64,000 nt of DNA, from assembly GCA_030770535.1 (NCBI GenBank), contig JASVEC010000013.1:62001-126000 (forward strand), given 5' to 3'. The number at the start of each line of letters is the position of its first letter. The stretch's first letter is position 1. The notes beneath the pieces were generated by a model that saw nothing but the letters and a program-made list of their open reading frames with translations, was not told where the DNA came from and made no database searches. Both the position numbers and the translations under genes were made by a program. The stretch is from Batkoa obscura (Eukaryota). Of the stretch, positions 48,676-60,118 are shown one piece after another.

Positions 48676-49896
48676 TATGTAATTTAATACTAAAAGTAAA
48701 ATTAATTGATGACTTCTTTTTATACATCTTTCCCATCTTGATTTGATCGTTTATTTTTCTTTAGATCAATTCAAGCTTGCCATTATTAACCAACTTCAGC
48801 CATTTACTCCAGACTTATTTTTAAACCGGCATTCAATTTTAAGTAAAACATTACTTTATTTAGAAACTTTGGATCAACTCAAGAAAAAATACTATTTTTA
48901 CCATTGTTTATTAGTCACATAAAGGATTACAGTGTCAAAGCTAAATCATCTTTTTTAGTATGGACCCACCAAAAATACGGAAGTTGATAATACTTTATAG
49001 TTTACCCAGCCTGTATAAATCAATATAATTTTTTTTACTATTCATTTATTTTCTGTTTGTTACTAAAAATCTATGTCTTAAAAACAACTAAAGTGTAAAT
49101 CAATAGTTTATCCAATTTATATAAATTTATATAAGTTACTTCGTTTTTTTTAATATTAAGAAACTGAAGCATCCATGACATTTTATATAGCATTATGTTC
49201 TTTGAATATTTGATAAAAAACATAGTTACTATAGAATAAAATAGGAATAACAAAGCATAACTGAAAATATTTAGTTGATATGTCATTTAATTACTAAACT
49301 AATAAATAATTCTATTTTTTTACAACTTTATCCCTACATGCTCGAATTGTCTAATATTTCTAGATATTAGATGCTAAATCATATCTAAACATTTATCAAA
49401 ATAAAGTATAACTTTTCTATGAATTTAGTTTGACATATTAACGTATATAATAATTTTTAGATTAAAAATATGAGCTCTTTGACTTTAAAAGTAGTGGTTG
49501 ATCCTTAATTGATTACTTTATTCCAATGTAGTTAAAAACTTCTTGTTCTTATCTAACTACTCCCCCCGTCTTTCATATAGATAGGTAAGTTATATAATAA
49601 GGTTCAAAGTTTTGAAATTAAATAAAATATTTTTTATTTTATTTTTTTCAAATAACTATTAAGGTTGAAATACTATATTAAAACATAATAAAACAAAATC
49701 GAATAAGAGTATAAAGTTTATTTAAATTATTATAAATATATGTTATTTAAATAATATTATATGTTTATATGTAAAACTACTCAAAATTTTATAAATACAT
49801 TCTTTAATTTTTATACAACACAATTTAATTATTCTACTTATCGTTACATATATCTCAAAAGCAATTTTTATTGAAATAAATAAACTACAATTTCAA

Positions 49897-49945
49897 TATA
49901 TGGGGATGTCCGAATTAGTTTCATTTTTTTATCCAATTTTTAAAT
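49897..49945. mobile_element. Degenerate MITE family A end (copy 8)
   Basis: TATATGGGGATGT followed by TAGTTTCATTTTTTATCCAATTTTTAA, which resembles the element's right end. Confidence 0.45.
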
Positions 49946-50267
49946 ATTTTATATTTTAAACTTTGCTTAAAATTCTATATAAATTATTCGTTAAAAACCA
50001 AAAGTGCCTGACGCAGTTTTAACTTATTTATTATAATTTATATTGTAAGTTGGCAGAATTTCTATTAAATTTAATACAAATTCCCAGATTAGCAAGGTCT
50101 TTATCAATATAACTTATATATTGATATTAATCAAAGTTGTAATATGTAAATAAACACATATTCATATAGAACTTCATTGAAAAACATTTATTATTAACTG
50201 CTTTATAGCCAATACTGCAGATTTGCTATTAAATAAATAAATTATTTTAGCGGTAATTATATTATTA

Positions 50268-50305
50268 ATATATGAGGATGTATTTTTTTGTTTAAGGATT
50301 TTACT
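50268..50305 (+). mobile_element. MITE family A partial copy 9
   Basis: ATATATGAGGATGTATTTTTTTGTTTAAGGATTTTACT. Confidence 0.75.
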
Positions 50306-50591
50306 TTAAAGCCCTTAAGATTAAAACCCAGTATTTTGTTTTCGTAATAAAACTCTACCACTATTTCACTCTTAATAATAGTTACTCATTCTTTAAATCA
50401 TTCTTTTAAATTAATATTTATGTAAATGTCAAATCCTCCAAAATAAATACTTTTTTAACATTAGAGTGAGTACATATATATAAAAAATAGTTTTTAATAT
50501 CCAATCATAATCAGAAAGTATTTTAAATCTATTTTATACTAACATAAAGTGGCACTATTAAGGATTAACTAACTTTAATTTAGTTTTAATT

Positions 50592-50975
50592 CAAACCGTT
50601 CATAAAATCATTCCAAGGCCAGCTTTGAATGATGATTGGTTGATTATTTAAAATGTCATCACATATAATCATAAATACCATAAAAATTGATAATAAATTG
50701 AATGAAATTTATACTTGAGGGAGAAGAAGCTGGAGGATATATCTATAAGGCGATTAAAGAATACAAAAATGGAAGTTTGCTTGAGCAAAGCGCACCTAGA
50801 AAACATTTCATTAATAAGAATAGAGAAAAGGCTAATTCTTATGCCAATTTATTATTGAATACGTTTGTGTGGTATGAGGAGGGAACCATTTGCTTTATTC
50901 AAGCAGTGAATAATTTTAAAATAATTAGGAGGCAAGGTAAATCAAATTAATGTTAGCTAAAAACGGTATGTTAAT
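50592..50975 (+). mobile_element. Possible degraded Tc1/mariner transposase fragment
   Basis: APRKHFINKNREK..YA...FVWYEEGTICF....IIRRQGKSN*C*LKTV follows the Tc1 order KP.L...R..WA...VxWSDE..F...V.RR.GE...C...TVK. Judged by eye only. Confidence 0.35.
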
Positions 50976-51407
50976 TTTAATTTACATTAAGATAATGATA
51001 TGGTCAATGTAACTAATTTACTGCTTTCAATTAACGTTAAGAAACACCCAAATGCTATTTTAAAAAAATGCAAAAAAATAGAATACAAGTCTCATTCAAA
51101 GGAGTTTAATGGGATTTGGTAAATTAAAATTGAATTTTTTATTTTTAATAAATAATCAAAAATAGGATTCCAGTATCACAAGCGAGGAAAATAATAAATA
51201 GTCTTAAAGTATTGTATTTATTTAGGCCCATCTTGACGGAGGATCCAAATAATTTTATTAATTTATTAATACAGAATTAAATTATAGAATTAAGACTTGA
51301 ATATTAATATAAAATTAAAGTTAATAATTAATAAAAAATAAACTAGTTTTTGTCAATATAAATTAGTCTATACTAATACTCAAATTTAAGATAACTTCAT
51401 ACTTATT

Positions 51408-53266
51408 TTACCATTTATTTGCTAATTGCATTTTAAACTTTTCAGTAACCATAATATATAAAGGCCAGTATGAGGTTAGTTTACTAATTTTTTGATAAAT
51501 GGATTGAACGAAATGAATCGACGAGTTGGCATTATCATTATAAAAGGGTAGTGTAAGAGATTCTAAGTTAAACAGATGACCAAAGTGAATAATATAAAAC
51601 ATGTCGCCATGGTCACTTGATAACTCCTGCCTGAACTTTTCTTCAATAACTCTAAAGTTATCAAACGCTCTTTTAGATATCTTTTTGGCTTCATCTTTAG
51701 TTTCGTTGATATAAAACAGCTCAGTGGGATGTTTTTTTCTATATATTTTACTTCGAAGGCATTGGATCTGAATTAATAATACAAGATGAAATTGTAGGGT
51801 GCCGATATACGACATTAAAAAAGGGTGGCTAATTAAACTAATACTTGGTCCTAATATCTCTTCAATTTTGAAATCCAACCAGGATGAATCATTTAGACCT
51901 TCAATTTCTCTAAACATACCTTCGAAAGTCGTTAATTTTGCTTCATAGTCTTCTAAACTGCTACTCTCTAGTAATGAGTTTAGCTGCCTTAATTTATATT
52001 GTGATCTTATAAAATAGCTGAATAATTTTGTTAATCCAATTATAGTTTCTGATAAACACTAAAATTTTATCATTATTATTTATATTACTTAATCAAATAG
52101 ATTACCGTTTTATAAGGTTCATAAATTCTTTCTGTTATGGTTATTTTTGGATCTTCAGGTAGATCAAGTTCAGCAAATGGGAACATCAAAGGTTTAGCAT
52201 ACGACAAAGAATTCATAATATCATGATTAAAACAGAAGGATCCGATTCTAAAACACTCAGCTATTTCAGCGCTGAGATTTTTAGATAAATCTGACTCTTT
52301 GATAAGGTGTAACCCTAAAATTTGACATGTTCTATTTGATGTTATTGTTTATTTTTAAAATTACATATATGATATACCTAATTGCATGAACTAAAAAAAA
52401 TAAGAATTATTGCTATTTATAAGTGAAAATTCTAATTACCTGAACTCATTGTACCTCTGGATTTATAATTAAATCCAAATTCCTGCTGCAAAAGTAGTAA
52501 GTTGGCCTGTACCAATTGAATATTTGGTTTTTCAATTAGCAAGTTTAATAAAGGTTTAGCTTTAATATAAAACGGATTTCTATCAATACTAACTGGCGGC
52601 AAATTATTCAAATAACGATAAATTTGAAAAGCACAAGCACATAAAGCATATTTAAGTGCAATATCACGTTCGTCTTTCGAAGCTAATATATAACTTTGCT
52701 TTTCTGGTGAAATTAAGAACTGAATCTTGTTATTATATGTAAAAAATATTGTAAGCAATTTAGGTTCAAGCTCTATATATAATAAGATTAAACAAGTTTA
52801 AAGAAATAAAGAGATTCAAACCTTGTAGTAATTGACTTGAATTTGGATGTATAAGTTGTAACTGAGGCTTTACTTCATGTGAAAAATATTTGAACTTATT
52901 TTCTTTCAATAATTTATAAACCGAATCCTCATTAATGTCCTCGATATTATAAATCTTTTTAATCAACTCTTTAATAGTTTGATATTTTTTCATTAATCTT
53001 GGTTTTGTATGATTTTTCCTTTTCATAATTGTTTTTTTATCAGTCTCTGTTAAGTTATCACTTGTAACTTCACTTGTAACTTCACTTGTAACTTCACTTG
53101 TAACTTCACTTGTAATTTTGCTTATAACTCTACTTAAAACTTTGCTTGTAACATCGCCTTTATAAATACAAGTCGCTTCAATTTTTTTACACCTTGAACA
53201 TGGCTTTAACATATCGCATTTTTGTTTTCTCTGATAGCAACTATTACACGCTTTTTGTTTCTTCAT
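51408..53266 (-). CDS. Zn2Cys6 transcription factor, 5 exons (paralog set A)
   Basis: CNSCYQRKQKCDMLKPCSRCKKIEATC. Downstream ORF pieces join through GT-AG introns, including a 13-nt exon at 52378-52390. Confidence 0.85.
53058..53115. repeat. 12-bp coding tandem repeat (TCACTTGTAACT) x ~4.8 encoding (TSEV)n
   Basis: Read directly; lies in the linker after the Zn cluster. Confidence 0.9.
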
Positions 53267-53493
53267 TTTAATCCTCCTTTCTAACCTTATCTTTTTCTCT
53301 TCAATTTATAATTTATATACTTGGTTATTCTTTCATACTTTTAGTTTTTATTATTTTGAATTTTGAGAGCATAAAGCCTAAATTATGTAATATTATTGTA
53401 ATTTCCAAAAATAGCAACAATTATTGCATCAATCTCAAAATTCAATCGTTCACTTCAATAATAGATCCCAATACCATTGAAGATAAGCACTAG

Positions 53494-53662
53494 TATAGCT
53501 GCTTTAGATTTGTTGCGACCTAATTAGCTGTTCATTTAAAACCAAAACTTAGCTACAATTAAGCTAAAAAATAAAGGCTAGACTCTAAAAAAACTACCCA
53601 AACAAATAACAGATTCTAAAAATTACAGTTAATTAGGTCGCAATAGAGCCGGAACAGCTGTA
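53494..53662. mobile_element. MITE family B copy (best preserved)
   Basis: TATAGCTGCTTTAGATTTGTTGCGACCTAATTAGCTGT ... ACAGTTAATTAGGTCGCAATAGAGCCGGAACAGCTGTA; ~38-bp TIR with TA flanks. Confidence 0.8.
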
Positions 53663-54196
53663 GCTTACCTTTTTACGAATATTCTTTCATTAAAGGATAT
53701 CTATAATATTTTGTCTCTATTTATTTACGTATGTTCTTTAAAGTAGTAGTAAATAGAATAACCACCATTATTTTAAAGAACATTCTTGGAGGAAGAGTAC
53801 TCTAAATATTTCTATGTTCGAAGTACTTCTATTCTTACTTCCAATATCGAGGTACAAATATTTTGATATCTCCTACCTAAATAAACATCAAATTTTAATA
53901 GTTTGTATTTTAAATATTTATTATGTTACTTAAATTTATATTCCGATCCCTAACGATATTTAGTATATTGCAGAACATCGTACTTTCTCTCATATAGATT
54001 AATATCTATATAATTAAACACTATTATCACATATTAAATAAAAGCGTTGCAATTCTAGTTACTTGCATAAAAATTTATTCCAAATTATTGTCCTTAGAAT
54101 TTACCGAATATCCTATTTCAAATGTCAATAATACCTCTATTACTAAACCTATTACTAAGTAAAATACTAAAATATAAAAACTAATAAATAAACCAT

Positions 54197-55982
54197 TTAT
54201 AAAAACTTTTTATTAAAACTAAATGATTTAGAATGAATAGGCCAATAGCTGCTTAAATGCTTAATTTTTGCACTAATATTTTTTACAAATGTAGTTGATG
54301 CGTTTGAATTATCATAGAAAAAAGGTAAAGCTAGGTATTCATAGTTAAATAAATGTCCGAAATGAGTAATAAAATAAATATCGCCATGTTTGTTCGATAA
54401 TTGTTGTTTACATTTCTGCTCAATGATCGCAAAGTTATTATATGATTCCAACGCTATCCTTTTCACGTCATTATTATATTCATTGTAGTGGAGGGAATCC
54501 TTTGGATTATTAATATTATACAACTTAAGTTGAAATGACTTAATCTGGACTAATAAAACAGAGTGAAGTTGATAGAGACTTATATATGATATTAAAAATG
54601 GATGCTCAATTATATTTATTTCCGGGTTTAATATTTCTTCAATTTGAAAATCAAAATATGTTGATCTCGTAAAGCTTTCAATTTGTCTAAATAATTGATC
54701 AATTTTTAGTTTGATTTCGTGATTACTTAATTTTTGATTTTTGAATATTAAATTGTTTAATGTAACTTGTACACTAACAAAATAGCTGAATAGTTTAGTT
54801 AACAATACAAGAACTGTCACTAAGTCCTATATGTTTGAATATTAATTATTTACTTTTCTATTCAATAGTATTAATTTACCCCTTCATAAGGCTTTAGTAT
54901 TCGCTGTTTGAACGATAATTGACTTAGCTTTGGTATTTCCACTTTTTTATATTGGAACAATGGTGGTCTAGAATAATAAAGAGAGTGTATTAAGTCGTGG
55001 TTGATGCAAAAGCAACCAATACTGAAACTTTCAGCTATCTCAGGAGAAACAGTTTCATTTATATCAATATCTTTAATTAAATGTAAACCTAAGATTTGAC
55101 AAAATCTAAACATTGAATTATATATTATTATTGGATAATGTAAATTATTCTTACCTTATAGCTTGAACTAGATTAAAAAATGAACACAATATAACATTAT
55201 TACGTATATATATAACCATACATTAATTACCTGAAGTTATGGCACTCCTTCCTGCCATATTAAAACCTACCTCTTGTTGTAAAAGTAACAAAGTAGCTTG
55301 TGCTAATTGAATACTTGGTTTCTCAATTAGCAAATTTAATAAAGCTTTGGCTTTAAAATAAAATGGATTTTGATCTAAAGTAACTGGGGGTAAACAATTT
55401 AAATAACGATAAGTTTGGAACGCACAGGCACATATTGTACATTTGAGTGCGATATCGTGCTCTTCTTTGGATTTCAATATCTGAGCTTCCCTTTCAGGTG
55501 AAATTAATAATTGGATTTTATTGTTAAATCTGAAAAATGTCTTAATTAATCCAGGTTCAAGGTCTAAATAAAAATTAAGGGTCAACTTTTAAATAGGAAA
55601 ACTAAATAATAGTACCTTTTAGTAAATTAATCACTTTCAAATTAATTACCGGGAAAAAAGTTTGTTGTTGATAAAATGAGTGGATAGATTTTTGTTTTAT
55701 TATTTTAAAAAAAGTATCCTCTTTAATATTTTCATTGATCCCATATATCTTTTTACATAATTCAACTAACTTGTTATACTTATTAATTAACCTTGGCTTT
55801 GTATACTCTTTCCTATATCTTATCAACGAATTATTCTTCTCTTCATGTTCTTCTTTAACTTTTTCTATTTCTACCTCGTAATGGCATTCAATTCCTAAAT
55901 CATGACATCTGAAGCAGGGTTTCTTTCTATCGCATTTTTGTTTCCTGCGATGACAACTAATACACACTAATTTCTTTTTCAT
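54197..55982 (-). CDS. Zn2Cys6 transcription factor, 5 exons (paralog set B)
   Basis: CISCHRRKQKCDRKKPCFRCHDLGIEC. Same exon layout as set A, with a 13-nt exon at 55155-55167. Confidence 0.85.
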
Positions 55983-56983
55983 TAAATTTTATAGAAGATA
56001 AAAAATGGTTCATCTGATAATTTCAATACCGTTTAAAATTAAGGTTCTTTATAATGGTTTAAAGCTATTGGTTAAACAAGTATAACTTTTTTTGCCAGTT
56101 TAGCCTGCACTATAATTGTGTTAGAAAACAACTCGTCACTTTTATTTTTTTACAAATTTTAATAACTAAAAGATGAAAATATCACAAATAAAGCAAATGA
56201 ACTGTATTAAAAAAAATTATCTCTACTTTTATTTTTGTTAAAACTTTGGGATAGATTAAAGAGCTGCCTATAAAGCCATAGCACTTTAAAATAAATAATA
56301 TACTGGGCTATTTTAAAATCAAACATTTAAATATATACTATTTAATTGCTTATGCTTTAGAAATATAAATTTTAGAAAAATACTATCAATAAGTATAAAT
56401 ATAAATAAACAATTAAATAAGTATATCAAATAAAAAACTGCAATTTATTATTTATTATTTTACTATTTTGTAAAATATAGGATTTAAATAGTTTTATAAT
56501 TAATTTTTGTTAAAAAACAAATCGCATTATGTTCTTAATATTCATATTAATATGTATTTTTTGTTTAATTTACTTTCATTAGTATGAAAGTCAAATTGTA
56601 TAAAATAAAAGAGTTTATGTAGTAATAAACTCATTAACTTACATTTTATAAAGTATTAAAATTAGGGAAGTTCTGTACATTTTATAAAGCTTACATGCAT
56701 AAAGAATAATTTATTTTAATTCTACTATCCTTTTTAGATTAATAAATATTAACGAAAATAGTAAATTTCAAACCTAATTTAGTTGAATTTACAATTAAAG
56801 CAGTTTTTTATTTAAAATTAGGAATAGTTTAAAAAACATACAAAGTATTATGCCAAATTATTGGAGCTAGGAGGTAATAGTAAGGATTTAAACTATTCTA
56901 AAGCTTATGATAAAGCAGTCTAACAAGTATAAAAAGTATATGAAAAGACTGATTTTACTTCCAAATTACTATAAAGTTTACAA

Positions 56984-57230
56984 ATGACAAGTAACTTAAA
57001 TTTGAAAGATTATTTATCTTTAGATAAATTCATCATTTACTCTCTTCTACTTTGGATAGCATATACTGCATATAATGTCTATTCCACAAAAGATGGACCT
57101 CCGATGGTACCTCATATTCCAATTATTGGCCATACTTTACAATTGAAGAACAATCCTAGAAGATTTCTATTAGAATGTCAAAAAAAATATGGGGATGTAT
57201 TTGGAGTCAACTTTTTAGGAAAAAAAATAT
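56984..57230 (+). pseudogene. Near-identical 5' fragment of the P450 at 47143-48675
   Basis: 247 bp matching the reverse complement of 48429-48675 with 2 substitutions; starts at the ATG and breaks off after ...NFLGKKI. Confidence 0.92.
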
Positions 57231-57410
57231 CCACATATGATTTTGGAGAAAAATGTTTTTCAGAACCTTGTACAAGTTTAATTAAAGTCAAAATCATTGT
57301 CAGAAGAGTTAGCGTGACGTGGCTTTCGTCCAGCAGAATAATTAGTAGAATACCTAATGTATAAAAAATGATATAGATTTATAATAAAGTGTAAATATAG
57401 AAGTCTATAC

Positions 57411-57517
57411 ATATATGGGGATGTATTTTTTTGTTTAAGAATTTTACTACCAATTTTTCCGCTCAAATAGCACTTAAAAAATGGAAAATAATGAAACCAA
57501 AAAAAACATCCTCATAT
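57411..57517 (+). mobile_element. MITE family A copy 10
   Basis: ATATATGGGGATGTATTTTTTTG...CAAATAGCACTTAAAAAATGG...AAAAAAAACATCCTCATAT. Confidence 0.9.
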
Positions 57518-58554
57518 GTTGGATTTATGCTGTTTAATATCATTAAACTGCTTTTAAAGAAAACTTCGAAAAACAATACTTGAAGGAATCATAGATATTA
57601 AACTGTGGGTCAAGGAAGTATTTTTAGATGGTTTCAATTTTAAAATAAACCATATGAGTATTTGAATAATTTTCAATACTTAATATTAAATTAGTATAGA
57701 AAATGATGATATAATAAATAGTAAAAAAAATTGAAAAAAATTATAAAAGAAATTTCGATACATTTTATTAAATGTAATTACTCAAATTTCTTATAATCCA
57801 ATTAACTTGAAAGTTAAATATAATAAAATTTAGGTCATTTTTTTATTGTTTATTATTGTTTTTAGTATCATATTAATTTAGTCAAATTTATTATAAACGT
57901 TGAAATAATATATTTTAAAATTAGCAATAAGATGTTGTTTGACAGACTGGTATAAATTTTGTACTTTAATAGCTTAAAACCTGATTTTAGTTTGATAATA
58001 TTTTTGAAATTACAAAGCTTCGTAGTGTGGTATTTTAAAAAGTTTCATTTATAATATCCCTTTATTAGAAATATTTGTTCCTTTTTATTATTGTTATTTA
58101 TCTTATCGTTGGTTATTTTTTATTTTTTATTTTTGAGGTTTCACTTTAGCTTTGAATATCCTTAAAAAGGCACGTTTATTTAAAACTATCTTCTAACTTA
58201 ATTTAGTTTATAACTTAACTCTGAAAGATTTATACATTAACTCAAAAATACATTAATAATCTCATTTCAATATAAACTATATTGGGATTCGTAATTTTGA
58301 TAAAATATATTGCGATAAGGCATAACTTCAAACTAAGTTCGGTCCTAATTGAGGCAATTGAAAATTAAAATAATATATTTTATCTTATTTTAAAGTATTG
58401 GAAAAAGATGCAGTTTAAACTAAAGACCGCCATTTTATAGTTAAATTGGATCATTTGTTCAGTCATTACACAATGTATTAATAATCAGCTTGGACTAATC
58501 AACATATGTAAATCAACAACAACATAATCTGGGCTATATTAAAAATTACAACCA

Positions 58555-59669
58555 ATATCATACAACATAGACTTATACCAGTCATTAAATCTTAAAGAAT
58601 TGAAACTTAAAAATCGAGTAGTTCTTGCTTCATTGACTCGAAATCGTAGGATTGTTCCTGATAAACTATTTGCTGAGTATTATGGTTAAAGAGTGTCCGC
58701 AGGTTTCATATTATCTGAAGGTGTTCTTATCGAGCCACAGAGTACTAAATATCCAGAAGTACCTGGAATCTGGAGTAAAGGACAAATCAAAGGATGGAAA
58801 ATAGTGACTAATAGAATACATGAAAAGGATAGCTATATCTTTGCGCAATTATGGCATTTAGGAAGAGCTGCTAATACTTCACATAATGCTGGTGTAGCTC
58901 CACCGGCCCCATCTGCCATTAAAGCAAATGGTGGAAAGCCCCGCTTACTTGAAGGAAGTCCTGTTTATTCTGTTCCAAAAGCTATTGGAGATCTTAAAAA
59001 ATATGTACAGATGTTCAAAGAAGCCGCTATTGATGCTAAAGAAGCAGGATTTGATGGTGTTGAACTAGATGGTGCCAGTGGTTATTTAGTACATCAGTTT
59101 CTTGACTCTAACTCAAACCAACGTACTGATGATTATGGCGGTGACGTTAAAAACCGTTCTCGCTTTGTTCTTGAAGTTATTGATGCTCTTGTTGAAGTAT
59201 TCCCTGCTAGTAGAGTTGGTATTAAATTATCTCCTTGTAGTGGCTATAACAATATAGGTGAAGAAACTAAAGAAGAGGCCTATAAACTATTTAGCTACTT
59301 AATTTATGAACTTGATAAACGTGAAATTGCTTATATCAAATTGTGCGCCATCTTTCCCATTTTGATCCAACTAATCGTGGCCTTAAACTTAATGTTGAAA
59401 AATTCTTCCCATTAATTGAAACTTCCAAAGTTTTTATTGATTATAACTTTACTGCTGCAGAAGGAGATAGATATATTGCAGATGATAAAGCTGATGCAAT
59501 AGTACATGGTCGCCCATTTATCGCTAGCCCAGGTCTCCCTGAACGTTTCTTTAACAATCATGAATTATCTCAAATTATTGATAATCCTTCTCTTTGTTCA
59601 TACAAAGGTGAAGATCACCATGATGGATATAGTGATTACTCTAGATTTATCAATCAAAGATTTTACTAA
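58555..59669 (+). pseudogene. Old yellow enzyme (NADH:flavin oxidoreductase) pseudogene
   Basis: LKNRVVLASLTRNR...EYYG*RVSAG (TAA 58687), QLWHLGRA, AGFDGVELDGASGYL (HGANGYL is usual), NQRTDDYGG..NRSRF, frameshift near 59343. ATA at 58555 stands where the start would be. Confidence 0.9.
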
Positions 59670-59700
59670 TTTTAAAGTTAGAAAATACTTTTGTTATAAT

Positions 59701-59806
59701 TATATGAGGATGTTTTTTTGGTTTCATTATTTTTTACATTTTTTAAGCGCTATTTGAGTGGAAAGATTACTAGTAAAATTCTTGAACCAAAAAATACATC
59801 CCCATG
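59701..59806 (-). mobile_element. MITE family A copy 11
   Basis: TATATGAGGATGTTTTTTTGG...AAGCGCTATTTGAGTGG...AAAAAATACATCCCCATG. Confidence 0.9.
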
Positions 59807-60118
59807 TTATTAAAATTTATTGTTTATTTATCTATAAATAGTTTTAATGTAAATAAAAGTAACTTTAATTTGACCTTTGGTAACTTTTAAACTTGTCGAT
59901 GTTTAATTTTTTCACTTGTAATTATCTTTAAGTACATTACCCTTTTTGAGTTTATAATATTGATTTTTTGTAGCATAAATAAAATTTAATACAAACATTA
60001 GTACTTTTATACAACTTTGGTCCTGGTATTCTAAAACGTTAACCATTGCAAAAATAAATGAAATCAATTAAAAAAATTACACAGTCCATAAAAGAGTAAC
60101 TCTATCAAAAATATTTAT

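Noticed and set aside
1349..59806. CRISPR-like or other prokaryotic repeat system
   Set aside because: The repeats are dispersed TIR-bearing elements in intron-containing fungal DNA, with no regular repeat-spacer array and no cas genes.
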